From Dickeya dadantii NCPPB 898 (GTDB taxonomy: Bacteria > Pseudomonadota > Gammaproteobacteria > Enterobacterales > Enterobacteriaceae), in assembly GCF_000406145.1 (NCBI RefSeq), contig NZ_CM001976.1, forward strand, positions 535,160-567,159: a stretch of 32,000 bases of DNA, in the 5' to 3' direction. The notes beneath the pieces are model-generated. The model was not told where the DNA came from. It did no database searches and worked only from the letters and a program-made list of their open reading frames with translations. The first letter of the stretch is position 1; each line of letters starts with the position of its first letter. Below, one piece after another: positions 28,220-32,000 of the stretch. A program made the translations under genes and the position numbers.

Positions 28220-28720
28220 ATGCTGAAAAATATCGGCCATGTATGGCGTGAAGTAAAGGCGGCCGGCAGTATTAAAGCTAAACTGGTCATACTGCTGTTT
28301 CGCCTTTCAACCATTTACCAGTCATCAAATGCGCTGCTGAAAATTATCAGCATTCCTTTTGTTGTCCTGAATAAAGTGATTAATGAGTGGCTGTTCTGTG
28401 TGGAAATTCCACACAGAACCCAAATCGGTTTTGGGCTGAAAATATATCACCCGCACTGTATCGTGGTGAATTCCGACGTAATCATCGGGGCGAACTGCAC
28501 ATTACGGCAGGGGGTCACCATTGGCAGCGTGGTAAACCGTGAAGGCCATACCACCAAAAGCCCGGTGCTGGGAAATCAGGTGGAGCTTGGCGCCAATGCC
28601 ATTTTGCTCGGCGACATTACATTAGGCGATAACGTAAAAGTCGGCGCCGGAACCGTGGTAACAAAAAGCCTTGCTGCGGGAAAGGTAGTCGTGGGGTATG
28701 GGGCCAGGGAATTGAATTGA
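28220..28720 (+). CDS. hexapeptide-repeat O-acetyltransferase (WcaB/CysE-like)
   Basis: The ATG at 28220 gives 166 aa. The sequence reads [40 protein letters not shown]...[32 protein letters not shown]. Confidence 0.8.
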   Translation: MLKNIGHVWREVKAAGSIKAKLVILLFRLSTIYQSSNALLKIISIPFVVLNKVINEWLFCVEIPHRTQIGFGLKIYHPHCIVVNSDVIIGANCTLRQGVTIGSVVNREGHTTKSPVLGNQVELGANAILLGDITLGDNVKVGAGTVVTKSLAAGKVVVGYGARELN

Positions 28721-28724
28721 GTGG

Positions 28725-28970
28725 ATCTGCGATAGCCTCACCAATGACCTCAACGGGAACGCTCGATAGTTCAGTCGTCATTAGTCGGTAATTCTCGCCG
28801 TTGATGAGGATCTGAGGGAACAGCGTTTTATTCATTTTCTCAGACAGGTGATGCGCTTTGATAAGCGGAATGACCATGCGTCACTTTGGCGTCTCGACAA
28901 TATCACTTTGTACATCGACAAACGTTTTGTAATGGCTGGCTCGTTTATAGTGAGAAGCAATGAATTACAC
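28725..28970 (-). pseudogene. ccdB: ccdB-like gyrase-toxin pseudogene (two nonsense codons, 3' truncated)
   Basis: The minus-strand translation [80 protein letters not shown] aligns codon for codon with F-plasmid CcdB residues 1-82 (from memory). TAA is at codon 2 (28967-28965) and TGA at codon 30 (28883-28881). Homology stops 5 nt from the acetyltransferase stop. Confidence 0.8.
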
Positions 28971-28972
28971 GT

Positions 28973-29074
28973 TCACCAGTTCCTGTTTTCATCAGAGAAG
29001 GAGCCATTCTGGGCGATAAATCTGGCGACTTCTTCTATTCCTTCACGGTTTTCCTTCTTCCAGTCTTCAGCCTT
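28973..29074 (-). pseudogene. ccdA: ccdA-like antitoxin remnant (C-terminal 33 codons only)
   Basis: KAEDWKKENREGIEEVARFIAQNGSFSDENRNW* compares with F CcdA RAERWQAENQEGMAEVARFIEMNGSFADENRDW*. An in-frame TAA (29077-29075) and unrelated sequence lie immediately upstream. Confidence 0.8.
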
Positions 29075-29094
29075 TTAAGGGGGGGAGCGATTAG

Positions 29095-29490
29095 TCAGCA
29101 GTTTGGCGGGCTTGATATTAATAGGGCTGTTACCAGATGGTAATGCCCGTCGGAATAAAAGATATTTATCCAAATAGAATTTCCCAGATCTAATGGAAAC
29201 CCGGTCATCAAGTGATCCGGGTTTTTAATTATGAGCATGGAAAATGGACTGATATGTTGAAAGACGGTTGTGCTGTAGAAATATCGGTCAACCGTCTTAT
29301 CTGGAAAGCAGAACTCACTGATGGCCCAGATGAGAATAAGAGCATCTGAATACCTGATGACTAAATAGCTGCGCCTAATACCGCTACATCTGTCATTTAT
29401 TGACGTGTGACAGTCGCGAAAGAGCAACACATCACTAGCCAGATGTAACGCGACTTTGCGGAAAAAGTGCCTAAGCTCCTCGCCCTGCAA
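29095..29490 (-). CDS. doubtful ORF (131 codons, TTG start), no recognisable family
   Basis: The frame is open, but it has only a TTG start, no RBS, and odd composition. A plus-strand terminator-like hairpin sits inside it. It may be a gene remnant or non-coding. Confidence 0.25.
   Translation of the reverse strand: MQGEELRHFFRKVALHLASDVLLFRDCHTSINDRCSGIRRSYLVIRYSDALILIWAISEFCFPDKTVDRYFYSTTVFQHISPFSMLIIKNPDHLMTGFPLDLGNSIWINIFYSDGHYHLVTALLISSPPNC
29197..29226 (+). terminator. plus-strand rho-independent terminator-like hairpin
   Basis: AAACCCGG-(tcatcaagtgat)-CCGGGTTT runs into TTTTT on the plus strand. On the minus strand only three T follow the stem. Confidence 0.5.
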
Positions 29491-29547
29491 GGGCTAGCCA
29501 AAAGTGGAGCACTATTCTGCGCAGCTATTTAGAACGTCGAGTCGCTA

Positions 29548-30039
29548 TTATCCAATCTGAACAGTCGGCCCATCGTTGCTATTATTTGGCTTAAGAGGCC
29601 CATAGTCGAGCTCGACAAGGCTCACAGTGCTAGTGAATTTTCCTGCGCCGCGACCACTTGAGACTGTTGCGTTCCACCTGACTTGAGTGTAGGCAGAATT
29701 ATCAGGTTGGCACACGCTCGTTCCGCCAGGCTTAATGTCTTCACAGAAGAACGTTATGCTTTTTACCCCATTGAACGTATCAGCGTCCCACCAACGCACG
29801 CTCGCGATCGCGTTGCTCGACGCATCGAGCACGTCTTGAAGTTCGACAGTGAAAGTCGCCGATTTAATGTGAAACGAAGAGTTGTTGTGAAGAATTGGAG
29901 CGGTGGTGTATGACTCCTGACGGTTCTGATTGATCTGCAATGCCTTGGGTAATTTCAAGGTGATTAGGATGCCATCTTGCTCGAAGAGTGTGAAATCTTT
30001 AGGTAAGCTTTGTTCAAACTGCGAGGTATTATCAGACAT
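29548..30039 (-). CDS. hypothetical protein (163 aa), no recognisable family, predicted cytoplasmic and beta-rich
   Basis: The frame is clean and the RBS AAGGAA lies 6-7 nt before the ATG at 30039 (an alternative ATG is at 30054). There is no signal peptide. The gene is preceded by about 390 bp of very AT-rich DNA. Confidence 0.55.
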   Translation of the reverse strand: MSDNTSQFEQSLPKDFTLFEQDGILITLKLPKALQINQNRQESYTTAPILHNNSSFHIKSATFTVELQDVLDASSNAIASVRWWDADTFNGVKSITFFCEDIKPGGTSVCQPDNSAYTQVRWNATVSSGRGAGKFTSTVSLVELDYGPLKPNNSNDGPTVQIG

Positions 30040-30446
30040 TTTAGTTTCCTTCATTTATATGTGTTAAAACTCTGGATAAGAGTTTCTCTTTGCTGCTTGC
30101 TTATGGTTTTTTAATATTATTAATGCGGTTGATTAATTTGTCGTTAATGTATGATGTTTTTTTATTAGTTCACATCATAATTAATGTTCGAACTATTAAT
30201 AAAACTTCAAATCGCATAAATACATGAAATATAAGGAGTGGTTGGTTATTGATTGATATTAAAGCTAATTTTCAATGAATATTGAATATTGGAGAGTGCT
30301 TGTTTGAAATCAATATATATTAATTTAATCGCAGATAAGAGAAAATCAACCAGAAAAAGAAAATTATTTTGTCGGGGGTTTAATAGTCTTCTTCGGTAAT
30401 GGTTAATATGCGATTAATTAGTAAATAAATTATAATCTGAGATAAT

Positions 30447-30698
30447 TCACAGGGAAAAACCTGCACCAACCAGTAAGAAGCTGTGCAAGCTATCTTTACC
30501 GCCGAAGCGATAGCGGAAATACCATAACTTAGCGCCACTGCTGGATACCGTCAGATACGGGCCTTGTGAGTCGGTAAGCTTGTAAGATTTTGCGAGAGGT
30601 TTTGCTGTCAGTTTACGTATAAGCGTTACCCCGTACGCTGAACTGAAATTTGCCCCAAACTTCCTGGGTACGAAGGGGTAAATCAATGCGGTTGGCAT
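30447..30698 (-). pseudogene. P4-type tyrosine integrase, N-terminal (DUF4102 arm-binding) fragment only
   Basis: LTAKPLAKSYKLTDSQGPYLTVSSSGAKLWYFRYRFGGKDS matches the conserved N-terminus of tRNA-targeting P4-like integrases. The reading frame ends after about 83 codons, whereas about 400 are expected. Confidence 0.8.
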
Positions 30699-30720
30699 GT
30701 CGCGGAGATAATTACTGCGC

Positions 30721-30780
30721 TGAAAAGCAAAAACCCGCCTTGTGAGCGGGTTCTTTAAATAAGTGGTGCCCGGACTCGGA
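30721..30780 (-). repeat. copy 1 of a 60-bp direct repeat: tRNA-Phe 3' end (17 nt) plus rho-independent terminator
   Basis: The minus strand reads TCCGAGTCCGGGCACCA, then CTTATTTAAAGAACCCGCTCACAAGGCGGGTTTTTGCTTTTCA. The first part equals the last 17 nt of enterobacterial tRNA-Phe (from memory). Confidence 0.8.
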
Positions 30781-30782
30781 CT

Positions 30783-30868
30783 AACGCCGCAGGCGTTGAA
30801 CAGCGCGATGCTCGCGCTGGCCCGTAGGGCGAGCTTCGCAGAAGCGAGTCATCGAACGTAGTTCGATG
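30783..30868. repeat. five tandem short hairpins with 3-nt loops
   Basis: H1 AACGCC-gca-GGCGTT is at 30783-30797. H2 CAGCGCGA-tgc-TCGCGCTG is at 30801-30819. H3 GCCC-gta-GGGC is at 30820-30830. H4 GCTTC-gca-GAAGC is at 30833-30845. H5 CATCGAAC-gta-GTTCGATG is at 30850-30868. Confidence 0.6.
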
Positions 30869-30882
30869 GAGAGTCCGTGATT

Positions 30883-30945
30883 TGAAAAGCAAAAACCCGC
30901 CTTGTGAGCGGGTTCTTTAAATTAAGTGGTGCCGGACTCGGAATC
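30883..30945 (-). repeat. copy 2 of the tRNA-Phe 3' end plus terminator repeat
   Basis: The minus strand reads GATTCCGAGTCCGG-CACCA (20 nt of the tRNA-Phe 3' end with one G deleted). The same terminator sequence follows. No upstream tRNA body is present. Confidence 0.8.
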
Positions 30946-31180
30946 ATTCAGCTTTCTATTAAGTTGAAATACAGCATAAATTTTAATCGAGGTTGTTGTC
31001 AAGACCCGTAGGTTGACCCGTATTTTCATAGATAGATCAGAATCATGGGATGCATACGATAAAGAAATGTCCGGTTCGTTCCTTTGGTTCGATTCCCTAT
31101 GACGCCGATAAATCGTAATGACATTAGCGTTACGGTTGCTGTATGATTAATATCCAGAGAGTAGTCCGGAGGATAACATC

Positions 31181-31965
<785 letters not shown>

Positions 31966-32000
31966 CATTAATATCATCAGAATTATCAAAAAAGGGCGCG

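Larger units (their letters stand above)
28721..30945 (-). mobile_element. decayed tRNA-Phe-type integrative islet remnant (att-like repeats, truncated integrase, orphan ORFs, ccdAB pseudogenes)
   Basis: See the component features. There is no intact recombinase and every recognisable mobile gene is truncated or interrupted. Confidence 0.6.

Noticed and set aside
28617-28877. An 86-aa ORF was considered as an independent gene.
   Set aside because: It is the ccdB remnant from Met32 onward. It reads past the homology breakpoint into the antisense of the acetyltransferase gene, so it is a pseudogene fragment rather than a functional CDS.
28848-29078. A 76-aa plus-strand ORF was considered.
   Set aside because: It is antisense to the clearly recognisable ccdB and ccdA remnants, and it has no RBS or family resemblance.
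31071-31100. GGTTCGTTCC and GGTTCGATTCC resemble tRNA T-arm sequences on the plus strand.
   Set aside because: The flanking bases cannot form a T-stem or acceptor stem, and no D-arm or anticodon arm lies upstream. At most this is a degenerate tRNA or att fragment.

Overview
The window has two parts. Positions 1 to about 14.7 kb are GC-rich Enterobacterales-type backbone, and a Dickeya or Pectobacteriaceae-like origin is only an inference from protein similarity and composition. This part holds an M20 amidohydrolase 3' end and a small exported Cys-rich protein. That protein is divergent from a FecCD-type metal-chelate ABC importer, across a promoter region with Zur-box-like palindromes. It also holds ahpCF, a Tat-signal 2H-phosphoesterase-like protein, a hexapeptide acetyltransferase and uraD-hiuH. 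A Zn/Cd/Pb P-type ATPase with its divergent MerR regulator and operator follows, then a LacI regulator with an enolase-superfamily acid-sugar dehydratase. From about 14.76 kb the DNA is visibly AT-richer accessory sequence. A tightly packed 12-gene Wzx/Wzy-type exopolysaccharide operon (15037-28720) encodes a phosphoglycosyl transferase, a beta-barrel, a short OPX lipoprotein and a PCP with a degenerate kinase domain. It continues with a flippase, a polymerase-like protein, three glycosyltransferases, a small membrane protein, an exported glycoside-hydrolase-like protein and an O-acetyltransferase. The operon directly abuts a decayed islet (28721-30945). The islet holds ccdB and ccdA pseudogenes, two orphan ORFs behind a very AT-rich leader, and a truncated P4-type integrase. 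It also has two copies of a 60-bp module (tRNA-Phe 3' end plus terminator) that bracket five tandem triloop hairpins. An intact TacA/TacT (DUF1778/GNAT) toxin-antitoxin pair closes the window. No rRNA, intact tRNA, CRISPR array or intact IS element was seen. The most interesting candidates are the orphan two-ORF module, the non-canonical export and regulation parts of the EPS operon, the putatively Zur-controlled small Cys-rich exported protein, and the hairpin cassette between the att-like repeats.
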